Assembly (NCBI GenBank): GCA_038087875.1
Contig: CM075995.1
Coordinates: 2,978,001-3,042,000, forward strand
Direction of reading: 5' to 3'
DNA: 64,000 nt
Origin: Malacoraja senta
Taxonomy: Eukaryota
The position numbers and the translations under genes were made by a program. How positions within the stretch are numbered: the first letter of the stretch is position 1; each line of letters begins with the position of its first letter. Below the pieces are notes generated by a model. It saw nothing but the letters and a program-made list of their open reading frames with translations, did no database searches and was not told the origin of the DNA. Below are positions 1 through 12,454 of this stretch, piece after piece.

Positions 1-66
1 CCACTTCACTCTCCTATGCTCACAGCTCTCAGAAATGGAAGGGAATTGAAAAAAGTGCACAATCAA

Positions 67-366
67 CGTGGCGCAGCAATAGAGTTGTTGCCTTACAGCT
101 CTTGCAGTGCCGGAGACACGGGTTCGATCCCAACTACGGGTGCTGTCTGTTCTCCCCGTGACCTGTGTGGGTTTTTTCCGAGATCTTCGGTTTCCTCCCA
201 CACTACAAAGACGTGCAGGTTTGTAGGTTAATTGGCTTGGGATAAATTGTCCCAGGTGTGTATAGGATAGCATTAATGCGGGGGGATCGCTGGTCTGTGC
301 AGACTCGGTGGGCCGAAGGGCCTGTTTCCGCACTGTATCTCTAAACTAAACTAAACTAAACTAAAC
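67..366 (+). mobile_element. tRNA-derived V-SINE (HE1-like)
   Basis: A box TGGCGCAGC and B box GGTTCGATCC; central TTCTCCCCGTGACC..GGTTTCCTCCCACAC..AAAGAC domain; CR1-like 3' end GGGCCGAAGGGCCTGTTTCC; (CTAAA)n tail. Confidence 0.85.
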
Positions 367-379
367 CAACAAAGTTTGC

Positions 380-618
380 TTCAGAGCAGCAATGTCATTA
401 AGCTAGAAGCAATGCAAGTAAGATTTACTAGGATGTTGCCACAGTTCCAGGGCATGAGATACAGGGAGAGGTTGGGCAAGCTAGAACTTTATTCCTTGGA
501 GTGCAAGAGGCCAAGGGGTGATCTTACAGAGGTGTATATAAAATCATGAGGACAATGAATGCACAGAGTCTTTTTCCCAGGGCAGGAGAATCAAGAATAA
601 AAGGGCACAGGTTTAAGG
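380..618 (+). mobile_element. CR1 LINE fragment (degenerate)
   Basis: Decayed RT C-terminal coding region similar to the copy at 4995-5690. Confidence 0.65.
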
Positions 619-634
619 AAGGAACTGCAGATGC

Positions 635-1465
635 ATGGCAGATGAAGCTTAATGCGGATAAATCTGAGGTTATCCACTTTGGTATAAATAAACAGGAAGG
701 CAGATTACTATCTAAATCTCGTCAAGTTTGGAAAAGGGGAAGTACAATGGCATCTGGGGTCCTTGTTCATCAGTCTATGAAAGTTAGCATGCAGGTACAG
801 CAGGCAATGAAGAAAGCGAATGGCATGTTGGCCTTTATAACTAGGAATCGAGTACAGGAGCAAAGAGGTCCTTCTGCAGTTGTACAGGGCCCTAGTGAGA
901 CCACATCTGGAGTATTGTGTGCAGTTTTGGTCCCATAATTTGAGGAAGGACATTCTTGCTATTGAGGGAGTGCAGCGTAGGTTTTCAAGGTTAATTCCCA
1001 GGATGGGGGGACTGTCATATGCTGAGAGAATGGAGCGGCTGGGCTTGTACACTCTGGAGTTTAGAAGGATGAGAGGGAATCTTATTGAAACATATAAGAT
1101 TGTTAAGGGTTTGGACACGCTAGAGGCAGGAAACATGTTCCCGATGTTGGGGGAGTCCACAACCAGGGGCCACATTTTAAGAATAAGGGTTTATTTAGAA
1201 CGGAGGCGAGGAAACACTTTTTCTCACAGAGAGCTGTGAGTCTGTGGAATTCTCTGCCTCAGAGGGCGGTGGAGGCCTGTTCGCTGGATACTTTCAAGAG
1301 AGAGCTAGATAGGGCTCTTAAAGATAGCAGAGTCAAGGGATATGGGGAGAAGGCAGGAACAGGGCACTGATTGGGGATGATCAGCCATGATCACATTGAA
1401 TGGCGGTGCTGGCTCGAAGGGCCGAATGGCCTACTCCTGCATCTATTGTCTATTGTCTATTGTCT
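635..1465 (+). mobile_element. 5'-truncated CR1 LINE
   Basis: ORF 880-1239 LVRPHLEYCVQFW..VQRRF..LEFRRMRG (CR1 RT C-terminus); 3' UTR GGCTCGAAGGGCCGAATGGCC; (TCTATTG)n tail. Confidence 0.9.
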
Positions 1466-1469
1466 TAAA

Positions 1470-1647
1470 CTGAAGATAGGCACAAAATGCTGGAGTAACT
1501 CAGCAGGACAGGCAGCATCTCTGGTGAGAAAGAATGGGTGACGTTTCGGGTCAAGAAAGGTCTCGACCCGAAACGTCACCCATTGCTTCTATCCAGCGAT
1601 GCTGCCTGTCCCGCTGAGTTACTCCAGCATTTTGTGTCTATCTTCAG
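1470..1647. repeat. 178-bp near-perfect palindrome made of two inverted Penelope-derived terminal units
   Basis: CTGAAGATAGGCACAAAATGCTGGAGTAACTCAGC ... GCTGAGTTACTCCAGCATTTTGTGTCTATCTTCAG; arms are reverse complements meeting near 1553. Confidence 0.85.
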
Positions 1648-1889
1648 GCGGATTGTTCCTGGGTTTTGAGCAGTAGACGATCAAGGAAAAATAATGTGCT
1701 TGCCAATTGATATATTAACTACTCACTTGATGTTAGAAGCTCAAAGCTTGAAGGTCTCCTGATGGGAATTAAAATATTTTAGCAATTACATCATTGATTA
1801 ATTTATATTATATTTCCGAGGGTCTGGAAATTAAAGTATTTATTCACACAACATATTATTCTCATATGTAGTTTTAGAACAAGGAAAGA

Positions 1890-2215
1890 GGTTTGATCCC
1901 AGGAATGATTGGGTGAACATATGGTGAGCGTTTGGAGGCACTGGGTGTGTACCCGGTGGAGTTTAGAAGGTTGAGGGGGGAACCTAATTGAAACGTGCCG
2001 AATAGTGAAAGGCCTAGATGGAGTGGATGTGGAGAGAATGTTTCCTCTAGTGGGAGAGTCTGGGACCAGAGACCATAGCCTCAGAATAATATGACGTTCC
2101 TTTAAGAAGGAGATGAGGAGGAATTTCATTAGTCAAAGGGTGGTGAATCTGTGGAATTCATTGCCAGAAGGCTGTGGAGGCAAAGTCGGTGGATATATTT
2201 AAGGCAGAGAGATTG
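1890..2215 (+). mobile_element. CR1 LINE 3' fragment
   Basis: GGAGTTTAGAAGG..TTTCCTCTAGTGGGAGAGTCTGGGACCAGAG..GTGAATCTGTGGAATTC, typical of the CR1 copies here. Confidence 0.8.
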
Positions 2216-2669
2216 TCATGTGTACCGAGGTTCAGTGAGAAGCTTTTTGTTGTGTGCTTACCAGTCATCAGGAAGACAACATGTGATTGCAATCAAGCCG
2301 TCCACACCACCGATCGCCCAACTGCAGGAAACCTACCAACTAGCACTTTTTGGGGGGATTTGGGAGGAAGCTGGGACATGTGAAGGAAGCCACGTATCCA
2401 CAGCGAGAGCATGCAGACTCCGCACAATTAGAGGTGAGCATTGAACCTCTACCTCTGGAGCAATGAGGTAGCGTTGGTCCTTTGCACTGTGCCACTGTAC
2501 CACAGAAGGTAAGTGACAAGTTTGGAGGGGGAGGGAGGAGATGATGGTGATCTGATGCATCCGATGTCTATCTTCTTCTGGATGATGGTGGTTTTCTAGT
2601 AAAACTAACCAACAAACCTCGTTAAGCCACTGCAGTACATCCTGCGTATAATCCTGGCGGCGAAGCTTT

Positions 2670-2975
2670 AGACTTTCAGACTTTAGAGATACAAGGCAGA
2701 AACCGGCCCTTCAGCCCACAGAGTCCGTGCCGACCAACAATCACCCCGTACACCAGCACTATCCTGGACACACGGGACAGTTTACAAATTTACCAAAGCC
2801 AATTAGCCTACAAACCTGTACGTCTTTGGAGCGTGGGATGAAACCGGAGCAGCCAGAGAAAACCCACGCGGTCACAGGGTGAACGTACGAACTCTACTTC
2901 ACCCGTAGGCAGGATCGAACCCGGGACCCTGGTGTGTAAGGCAGCAACTCTACCGCTGCGCCACCGTGCCGCCCT
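2670..2975 (-). mobile_element. V-SINE (HE1-like)
   Basis: Reverse complement of the head GGCGGCACGGTGGCGCAGCGG..GGTTCGATCC, V domain and tail. Confidence 0.85.
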
Positions 2976-3898
2976 TAGTAGTCTCTTCACTTGACCTCAG
3001 GACCACAATCACTATTTTCTACGTGGAACCAAGGAGCTACAGCTGCTGGTTTATCAAAAAGCACAAAAGTCTGTTTGTTCTCCCCGTGACCTGCGTGGGT
3101 TTTCTCCAGGATCTCTGGTATCCTCCCACACTCCAAAGACGCACAGGTTTGCAATCTGCATCCCGGGCTCTGTAAGGCAGCAACTCCACCGCTGCACTAT
3201 TTTAGCAAATCCAAGCTATCGGTCAATTCCAGCTAACTGTCAAGCTAACTGTCAATTCCACTGCCTGGCCATTATGGAACTCGTTGTCGGAAAATATATA
3301 ACTTGGAACGCTTTACAGGTATTATAATATTCCCAAACTCTTTCTGTTGAGATCGTTGATTAAAATATAAGTGGAATTATTTAAAGTGATGATGGAGTGG
3401 GCAGGAATGTAATTAAAAATCTTCATTAAGATCATCGAGGGAGGAATATCTTAACTTGGTTTGACCTACATTGATGTTGAATCCACACCATATTAGCCCA
3501 GTGACTAAGTAGCAAGGTAGCTACAGTTCATAGTTATAGAGTTGCACAACAGAGATATGGGCCTTCATTCAACATGTCCATGGCAACCTTTTTGCCTATC
3601 TACACTGACCTCGTTTGCCCGCATTCGGATCGTATCCTTCTAGGTGGTGGCTATATGGAACAAGCGATCACTTGGAGATAGTTGTAGCAGATACAACAAC
3701 AGCATTAAAAAAAAAAACACAAGTGCATGGATAGGAAAAGTTTAGAGGAATATGGGTCAAACGCAAGCAAATGGGACTAGCTTGGATGAGGCACTTTGGT
3801 CAGCATGGATGAGTTGGGCCAAAGGGCCTGTTTCCGTGCTGTGTGACTCTATGACTCCATGAGGCGTTTCCTACCTAAGTGCCTGTAATAAGGAAGGA

Positions 3899-4545
3899 TG
3901 ACAATAGACAATAGACAATAGGTGCAGGAGTAGGCCATTCGGCCTTTCGAGCCAGCACCGCCATTCCCTGTGATCATGGCTGGCTCTTTGTCCACAGTCA
4001 GTACCCCGTTCCTGCCTTCTCCCCATATCCCTTGAGTCAGCTATCTTTAAGAGCTCTATCTAGCATCTCTTGAAAGCATCCAGAGAATTGGCCTCCACTG
4101 CCTTCTGAGGCAGAGAATTCCACAGATTCACAACTCTCTGAGCGACAAAGTTTTTCCTCATCTCCGTTGTAAATGGCCAACCCCTTATTCTTAAATAAGA
4201 GCCCCTGGTTCTGGACTCCCCCAACATCGAGAACATGTTTCCTGACTCTAGCTTGTCCAATCCCTTAATAATCTTATATGTTTCAATAAGATAACCTCTC
4301 ATCCTTCTAAATTCCAGCGTATACAAGCCCAGTCGCTCCATTCTTTCAACATATGACAGTCCCGCCATACGGGAAATTAAACTTGTGAACCTACGCTGCA
4401 CTCCCTCAATAGCAAGAATGTCCTTCCTCAAATTTGGAGGCCAAAACTGCACACAAAACTCTAGGTGTGGTCTCACTACTGCAGAAGGACCTCTTTGCTC
4501 CTATACTCAACTCCTCTTGTTATGAAGGCCAACATGCCATTAGCT
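3899..4545 (-). mobile_element. 5'-truncated CR1 LINE
   Basis: ORF 4060-4476 RPHLEFCVQFW..RVVNLWNSLP; (TCTATTG)n tail on the minus strand. Confidence 0.9.
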
Positions 4546-4994
4546 AGAAATCTGAAATAAAAGCAGAATTGTAGAAATGCTCATCAGCTCAGGCAGCATC
4601 AGTACACATAGAAACAGAGTTTGGAGTTTGAGTTTGTGTTTCATTTATTGTCACGTGTACCGAGAAACAGTGTAAAGCTTTTGCTGTGTGCTGACCAGTC
4701 AGATGAACAGCAATACATGATTAGCAATCCACAGAGTACACGATAAAAGAATGAAGCGAATGTGATGAGTGATTGCAGATCCACTTCTGAGACCAGCACA
4801 CAAAGAGCCGCCTGGCTTGCGTGCCATCTTGGATCCATCTGCACCCGTAATTAGTGCCATAGTCTAGTGTTGTTATCAAAGGAAGAATGTACATCATTTG
4901 AACTTTACCAGATTGATTTCTGGTTTGGCAAGTTTGTCCTCTGTGGAGAAATTAAGCAGAATGGCCCCTATGCCCTTGCCATGTGAAGAATGAA

Positions 4995-5690
4995 GGATCT
5001 AGGAATGCAGGTACATAGTTCTTTGAAGGTGGCATCACGAGTAGATAGGGTGGTCAAATAGGCCTATGGCACCTTGGTCTTCATCAGTCAGAGTATTACA
5101 TCCAGTTGGGTGGTCATGTTCCAGTTATGTAAGATGTTGGTGAGGCTGCATTTAGAGTATTGTGTTCAGTTCTGGGCACCATGTTATAGGATAGATATTG
5201 TAAAGTTGGAAAGGGTACAGAGAAGATATACCAGGAAGTTGCCAGGACTCGAGGGGCTGAGCTACAGGGGGAGGTTGAGCAGGCCGGGACTCTATTCCTT
5301 GGAGCGCAGGAGAGTGAGGGCTGATCTTGGAGAGGTGTACAAAATCATGACAGGAATAGATCGGGTGGACGCACAGAGTCTCTTGCCAGAGTAGGGGAAT
5401 CGAGAACCAGAGGACGTAGGTTTAAGGTGAAGGGAGAAAGATTTAATAGGAATCTGAGGGGTAACTTTTTCAAACAAAGGGTGGTGGGTGTATGGAATGA
5501 GCTGCCAGAGGAGGTCGTTGAGGCTATTGCAATGTTTAAGAAACAATTATGCAGGTATATGGATTGGACAGGTTTAGAGGCATATGGGCCAAACGCAGGC
5601 AGATGGGACTAGTGTAGGTGGGACATGTTGGCCAGTGGGGGCAAATTGGACTGGGGCCTGTTTCCACGCTGCACGACTCTCTAACTCTAA
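4995..5690 (+). mobile_element. CR1 LINE, second subfamily (tail shared with the V-SINE)
   Basis: ORFs 5074-5394 (LVRLHLEYCVQFW) and 5427-5612 (RVVGVWNELP); 3' end GGGCCTGTTTCCACGCTG resembles the SINE tail. Confidence 0.85.
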
Positions 5691-6554
5691 TGATATGTGC
5701 GATGCGCTCTTATACACAGAATTCTCAGATGTCTTGTGTTTAAGTTTAATGACTTTTCTTTGTAACCCGGGTAAAAGAGCCTTCTTAGCCAGTGATGATC
5801 ACACCTTAAACGGCTGGAGACCAAGGCGTGGCGCGTACTCGACCCAGCACCCAGACTTCAAACTCATCCTGGTGAAGGCTTGGCCGGACGCCACTTTCTC
5901 TGCAAACATTAAAATGTGTCAGCAGCAATATCCGTAAAGTGCATTGGACATCCAACCAGTCTTCTGGGTACTCTTAAAACTTGGCCCGGCTCTGGCTTGG
6001 AGTCGTGCTACGCTTGGCATTCGGCCAAAAGCACTGGAGTTTGACACATAAAGCAAAGCCATAATTGGTTTGTGTGATGAGTCAATGGGGAGCTGGGGAT
6101 TTGGATTTCTCTCTATAACTGAGTTGATTTGATTACAGGAATTAGGTCCTGCATCCATTTAAAAAAAAAAATCAGAAACGAGCAAAGCTAAATATTCTTA
6201 AGCGAACCCCAAGGTGACTTGACTTTCTCCAAGCCAACTTCTTAATTCACTTCAGATCCCCGTTGCAAAGTATCTCATGCTCCTTGGCAGTGGCTGAAGT
6301 GGGAATCCGATCGGCTGCCAGTGGTATGGACAGGGCACGGTGCCTAAATCCACATTGGACTGGGGAAGGCAGGTTTATTTTGATGCAGTTGACTGATTTG
6401 GCTTCAGCTTCACACCAAAGTATTTAAACTGCAGAGGAGTCTGTCCAAAGATGGACTTTGTCATTGAATCATAGAATCACTCAATAAGGAAACAAACTCC
6501 TTCAGCCCATCTCATCCATCTCGACCACGATGCCTATCCATGACACAGTTATAG

Positions 6555-6750
6555 AGTTAGACAGTTTAGTTTGGAGATACAGCGCGGAAACGGGCCCTTC
6601 GGCCTACCGAGTCCGCAACGGCGGGCGATCCCCGCACACTGACACTATCCTACACACACTAGGGACAATTTACACTTGGGATCAAACCCGGGTCTCAGGC
6701 ACTGCAAGCGCTGTAAGGCAGCAGCCCTACTGCTGCGCAACCTTGCTGCC
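6555..6750 (-). mobile_element. V-SINE with internal deletion
   Basis: Tail and tRNA head present, V domain missing. Confidence 0.7.
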
Positions 6751-6751
6751 C

Positions 6752-6985
6752 TTAGTTTATTGTCATGTGTACCGAGGTACGGTGAACATTTGTTGTCGTG
6801 GACTAACCAGTCAGCAGAAAGACAAAAGATGATTACAATCGAGCCATTTACAGTTTTTAGACACATGAAAAGGGAATAACGTTTAGTGCAAGATAAAGCC
6901 CGCAAAGTCCGATCAAGGATAGTCTGAGGGTCACCAATGAGGTAGATGGCAGTTCAGCACTGCTCTCTAGCTGTGATGATGATAA
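6752..6985 (-). mobile_element. Rex1/Babar-type LINE 3' UTR remnant
   Basis: Minus strand ..GTACCTCGGTACACATGACAATAAACT, the same 3' UTR family that follows Rex1 RT coding sequence at 43535-44048. Similar remnants near 2215, 4640, 29270, 35345, 36705, 41735 and 62885. Confidence 0.7.
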
Positions 6986-7584
6986 TTATAATGATAATTC
7001 CACCTGCCTTTGCAGCAACAGTAGAGCCCTTCTACCTATTCATTTTCTCCAGAGATGCTGCCTGACCCACAGAGATAGCATCTTGTGTCTCCCATCCAAC
7101 ACTGCTCCACCCAAATTTACTGTTGATCTGTGTGCTGCTTTCTATAACTCGACCATTTTTGGTGTTGCACTCAAAAACGATCTCATCAAGCTACCCGTAT
7201 CCTCATGAAAGTCATTTAAGTATGTCATGAAAGCATTACAGACAACAAAGGTTCCAGCCCTGAGCTCTGTGGTGCACCACTTGTTGCAGACTTCCAGTCA
7301 GAAAAACACCCCTTCCACCGCAACCTCCTTCCCTCTCCCTCACCAATTTACCAACAATATTGCAACCTTTGTGCCTTAAACATTTCAGACCTTGATAAGT
7401 AAGGGCATCAAAGGTTACATAGCGAAGCCGGGAGTATGGGGTTGGGAGCGAAAAATGGATCAAGCATGGTGGAATGGAGGAGCATACTCGGTGGGCTGAA
7501 TGGCCTAATTTTGCTCCTATGCCTTGCGATAGGATCTAATGATCTTATGAGCAGCCTACCATGAAGGATCGTGTCAAAGGACTT

Positions 7585-8340
7585 TAGACAATAAACAATA
7601 GACAATAGACAATAGGTGCAGGAGTAGGCCATTTGGCCCTTCGAGCCAGCACCGCCATTCAATGTGATCATGGCTGATCATCCCCAATCAGTACCCCTTT
7701 CCTGCCTTCTCCCCATATCCCCTGACTCCGCTATTTTTAAGAGCCCTATCTAGCTCTCTCTTGAAAGCATCTAGAGAACCTGCCTCCACCGCCCTCTGAG
7801 GCACATGAGACTTTGTCATAGAGTCGGAGAGTGATGTAGTGTGAAAACAGGTCCTTCGGCCCACACTGGCCAACATGTCCCAACTACACTTGTCCCACCT
7901 GCCTGCGCTTGGTCCATATCCCTCCAAACCTGTCCTATCCATGTACCTGTCTAACTGTTTCTTAAACGTTGGGATAGTCCCAGCCTCAACTACCTCCTCT
8001 AGTAGCTTATTCCATACCTACCACGCTTGGTGTAAAAACGTTACCCCTCAGATTCCTATTAAATCTTTTCCCCTTCACCTTGAACCAATGTCGTCTGATC
8101 CTCGATTTCCCTACTCTGGGCAAGAGACTCTGTGCATCTACCTGATCTATTCCTCTGATGATTTTATACACCTCTATAAGATCACCCCTCATCCTCCTGC
8201 GCTCCAAGGAATAGAGACCCAGCCCATTCAACCTCTCCCCATAGCTCAGACCTTCTGGTCCTGGCAACATCCTCATCAATCTTCTCTGAATCCTTTCAAA
8301 CTTGTCAATATCTTTCCTACAACATGGTGCCTAGAACTCA
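7585..8340 (-). mobile_element. Two adjacent CR1 fragments from different subfamilies
   Basis: 7585-7805 has the (TCTATTG)n tail; 7815-8340 contains ORF 8007-8279 LGLYSLERRRMRGDLIEVYKI. Confidence 0.85.
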
Positions 8341-8554
8341 AGTCCAAGTAAGCCATGGCCATTGCTCTGCCTTCATAAATTCTCTTAGTTATCTCCTCAG
8401 AAAGCCTCAGTCAGATGTGGGAGACATGATAAAGCCATATTGACTTCTTCTAATCAGACCCAGACTCTTCAATCAGTCCCTATCTTTCTGAGTGGACATT
8501 AATCCTGTTCCTCAGAAACTTCTCCCCTACCACTGATGCCTTCATCGCGTCTCG

Positions 8555-9673
8555 AGATTGTTCAACACCGCCGTGTGTGCCTGGGTCCTGGACTTTCTCA
8601 CCACCAGGCCCCAGGTAGTCAAGATGGGAGGAAATACATCAAAGTCCCTCACCCTGAACACAGGATCCCCCCCCAGGGTTGCGTCCTCAGCCCCCTACTG
8701 TACTCCCTGTACACACATGACTGTGTGGCCAGGTTCAGCTCCATCTCTATCATCAAGTTTGCTGATGACACTGTTGTGGTGGGCCTGATCTCCGATAACG
8801 ATGAGAAGGCCAACCGGGAGGAGGTGGCTGATCTGGCACTCTGGTGTCAGGACAACAGCCTCCTCTTGAATGTCACAAAAACTAAGGAGCTGATCATGGA
8901 CTTTAGGAGGGCACATCATCCGAGGACGTACACACCATTGAAGATAAATGGGGATACTGTGGATAGGGTGAGCTGTTTTAAATACCTGGGAGTCCACATC
9001 TCAGAGGATCTGACATGGACATCACACGCTGCAGCACTGGTGAGTAAGGCAAGGCAGCGCCTTTACCACCTCAGGCAATTGAGGAAATTCAGAGTGTCTC
9101 TGAGGATCCTCCAGTGCTTCTACTCAGCGGCTGTGGAAAGCATCTTGTCCGGAAACATCACAATTTGGTTTGGGAACTGCTCTGCCCAGGACAAAAAGGC
9201 TCTGCAGAGAGAAGTGCGTTCGGCCGAACGCACAATGGAAACTACACTCGCCCCCCTGCAGGAACTATACATCAGGAGGTGGAACTCCAGAGCCAATAAG
9301 ATCATGGGAGACCCCTTCCGCCCCTGCAACGGACTGTTCCAGCTGCTACGGTCAGGCAAATGCCTCCGTTGCCATACTGTGAAAACGGAGAGGATGAGAA
9401 GTAGTTTCTTCCCAGAGGCCATTGGGACTGTAACCTCCTATATCACCAGGGACTAACTTTACTGGACCATACTACTGTTGTGTGATGTCTTTTTTAAATT
9501 GCTGTTTATTTCTTTTTTTTCCCTCCCACAAATACGTAATATGTGAATAAGTGTTTCTGTTCCATTCTGTTTTGTATTTTTTTGCACAAATCCGCGAGAA
9601 TTGCCACTTTTCATTTCACTGCACATCTCGTATGTGTATGTGACGAATAAACTTGACTTGACTTGACTTGACT
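8555..9673 (+). mobile_element. 5'-truncated Rex1/Babar LINE
   Basis: ORF 8536-9456 [66 protein letters not shown] followed by a (CTTGA)n tail. Confidence 0.9.
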
Positions 9674-10068
9674 TAACTGACCCGTTGAGTTACTCCAGCA
9701 TTTTGTGTCTATCTTCGGTGTGAACCAACATCTGCAGTTCCTTCCTACACAGTTCCTGTCCAGGCACCGGTTATAAAACTAATCAGCAGGGGTTGGACCA
9801 CAATGGAATCAAACTTTGTGGGAAAATTTTGCAGTAATTCTCACAGATAGTTGCAAGAGAAAACAAACAGCAATGGAACAATAACGGTATGTTGACAACA
9901 ACTGTGCTCGGAAGCAACATTTAATTGAAGTGCTTTGAATTAGATTGTCTATGACCTATGGTTAGGCTTTTCCTGTTGAATACTGATTTTGCTCGTTACT
10001 CTGTAAGCACGATAGCTCAGCCTGCTGATGTTATCAGTGTGGCAGAGTAATGTATTCACATTGTTTTA

Positions 10069-10685
10069 GCTCACCCTGAACAGAGGATCCCCCCCAGGTT
10101 TCCGTCCTTAGCCCCCTACTGTACTCTCTGTACACACGTGACTGTGTGGCCAGGTTCAGCTCCAACTCCATCATCAAGTTTGCTGATGACAATGTGGTGG
10201 TGGGCCTGATCTCCGATAACGATGAGAAGGCCAACGTGGCTGATCTGGCACTCTGGTGTCAGGACAACAGCCTCCTCTTGAATGTCACAAAAACTAAGGA
10301 GCTGATTGTGGACTTTAGGAGGGCACATCAACGAAGGACGTACACGCCACTGGGGATAAATGGGGATACTGTGGATAGGGTGAGCTGCTTTAAATACCTG
10401 GGAGTCCACATCACAGAGGATCTGACATGGACAACACACTGGTGAGTAAGGCAAGGCAGCGCCTTTACCACCTCAGGCAGCTGAGGAAATTCAGAGTCTC
10501 TCTGAGGATCCTTCAGTGCTTATACTCTGGGGCTGTAGAAAGCATCTTGTCCGGCAACATCACAAACTGGTTTGGGAACAGCTCTGCCCAGGACAGGAAG
10601 GCTCTGCAGAGAGTAGTGCCGAACGCACTATGGGAACTACACTTGCCCCCCCCTGCAGGACCTATACACCTGGAGGTGCAGATCC
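10069..10685 (+). mobile_element. Rex1/Babar LINE fragment, close relative of 8555-9673
   Basis: ORFs 10146-10445 and 10427-10690 nearly match the upstream copy; small deletions and a frameshift. Confidence 0.85.
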
Positions 10686-10849
10686 AGTAGCTGATCGGGA
10701 TGAACCCTGATGAAGGTTTCCTTTTCCAGGCTCTCTTTACAGGCTGCAACGGGGTACGCAACCATCTCCTTCTCATTGCAGCCGTTCAAAGTGCATCGTG
10801 CTTTGTGGGAGATATTCTGACCATACAGGACAGATCTAATGAATCGCTC

Positions 10850-10982
10850 TGTGTAGGAAGGAGCTGCAGTTGCTGCAACTTCAGGTCTGAAGAAGGGTCT
10901 CGACCTGAAATGTCACCCATTCCTTCTCACCAGTGATGCTGCCTATCCCGCTGAGTTGCTCGAGAATTTTGTGTATATCTTT
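10850..10982 (+). mobile_element. Penelope-derived terminal unit with hammerhead-like core
   Basis: GGT-CTGAAGA-A-GGGTCTCGACCT-GAAA-TGTC-ACC followed by the conserved GATGCTGCC..GCTGAGTT block. Confidence 0.65.
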
Positions 10983-11182
10983 ACTGAATTGCTCTAAACT
11001 GTGACATTGAAACGTACTCATATGAGTAAGCTTCACTCAAGGGCAGACACAGAAACTTACTCAAGGGCAGACTCTCACTGGAACTGAGCCATTTTAAAGT
11101 CACGATGCAATGGTGGTGAGGGGAAGGGCTTAGTATTTTGCTTCTGTTGAAGTAATTTTAAGTGTTAAGATGCAGTAGATGT

Positions 11183-11465
11183 GCGGCATGGTGGTGCAGC
11201 GGTAGAGTTGCCGCCTTACAGCGCTTACAGCGCTGGAGACCCGGGTCCGATGCCGACTACGGGTGCTGTCTGTATGGAGTTTGCACGTTCTCCCCGTGAC
11301 CTACGTGGGTTTTCTCTAAGATCTTCGGTTTCCTCCCACACTCCAAAGACTTTAATTGACTAGCTAAATGAATAAATTGTCCCTCGTGTGTGTAGGATAG
11401 TATTAACATGCGGGGAGCGCTGAACAACGCGGGCCCGGTATCTCTAAAACTAGACTGAACTAAAT
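11183..11465 (+). mobile_element. V-SINE (HE1-like)
   Basis: tRNA-like head, V domain, partial tail. Confidence 0.8.
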
Positions 11466-11618
11466 GTGACAGGTATTCACCACGCATCAAGGCCTCACGA
11501 AGAACAACTTAATATTGATTAATTGAATTGATTAATATTCATGGAGTTGTAGTTGCAAAGTGAACTATCCACTTTCTCCTGTAGTTTAAACCCTATATAG
11601 ATACAGTATAGTTCAAGT

Positions 11619-11765
11619 TGCCCACGTTGCACCAAGGTGTGTGCATCGTGGATCAGCCTCAACAGACATCTGCAGACCCACAAGTAGACGACCCTATTGA
11701 GAAGAGAGGACAGTCCTACTCGTTTCGAGTGACCGCCGATGACGATGACGATGATGATGATGATG
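11619..11765 (+). mobile_element. 3' end of an RTE-clade LINE
   Basis: Translates to CPRCTKVCASWISLNRHLQTHK* (C-terminal C2H2-like finger), short 3' UTR, (GAT)n tail. Confidence 0.7.
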
Positions 11766-12454
11766 AGTTCACACCCTTTGCAGGTTGTGATATTTTCAGT
11801 AAACAGCTTCAGGGAAACAAAAGCAAACACACCTTTTCGAGGCTCCATTGTGAACAATGTCTAGTTTTGTTTAGTTTAGATTAGTTTCGAGATACGATGC
11901 CACAACAGGGCCTTCGGCCCACCGAGTCCATGCCGACAAGCGATCCCTGTACACTAGCACTATCCTACACACTAAAGGCAACTTACGATCTTTACTGAAG
12001 TCAATTAACCTACAAGCCGACAAACCTGCCCCCTTGGCAGCAAAAACAAGGGGGCAGATTATTATCTCAATGTAAGGGGTATCAGAGTAGGTAAGGGGGA
12101 GGTGCAGCGAGACCTGGGCGTCCTTGTACATTGGTCACTGAAAGTTGGCTTACAGGTACAGCAGGCAGTGAAGAAAGCTAATGGAATGTTGGCCTTCATA
12201 ACAAGAGGATTTCAGTATAGGAGTAAAGAGGTTCTTCTGCAGTTGTATAGGGCTCTGGTGAGACCACATCTGGAGTATTGTGTACAGTTTTGGTCTAATT
12301 TGAGGAAGGACATCCTTGTGATTTAGGCAGTGCAGTGTAGGTTCACGAGATTGATCCCTGGGATGGCGGGACTGTCATATGAGGAAAGATTGAAAAGACT
12401 AGGCTTGAATTCACTGGAGTTTAGAAGGATGAGGGGGAATCTTATAGAAACATA

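Noticed and set aside
67..140. tRNA genes at SINE heads
   Set aside because: A and B boxes are present but continue into the V domain and LINE tail, with no complete cloverleaf; they are SINEs.
5760..5940. Possible minus-strand host exon after TTTGCAG
   Set aside because: All three frames stop quickly or give no recognisable protein, and I found no partner exons.
8536..9456. 306-aa ORF as a functional gene (also 24953-25699 and 56490-57140)
   Set aside because: These are 5'-truncated LINE RT remnants lacking a promoter and the N-terminal domains.
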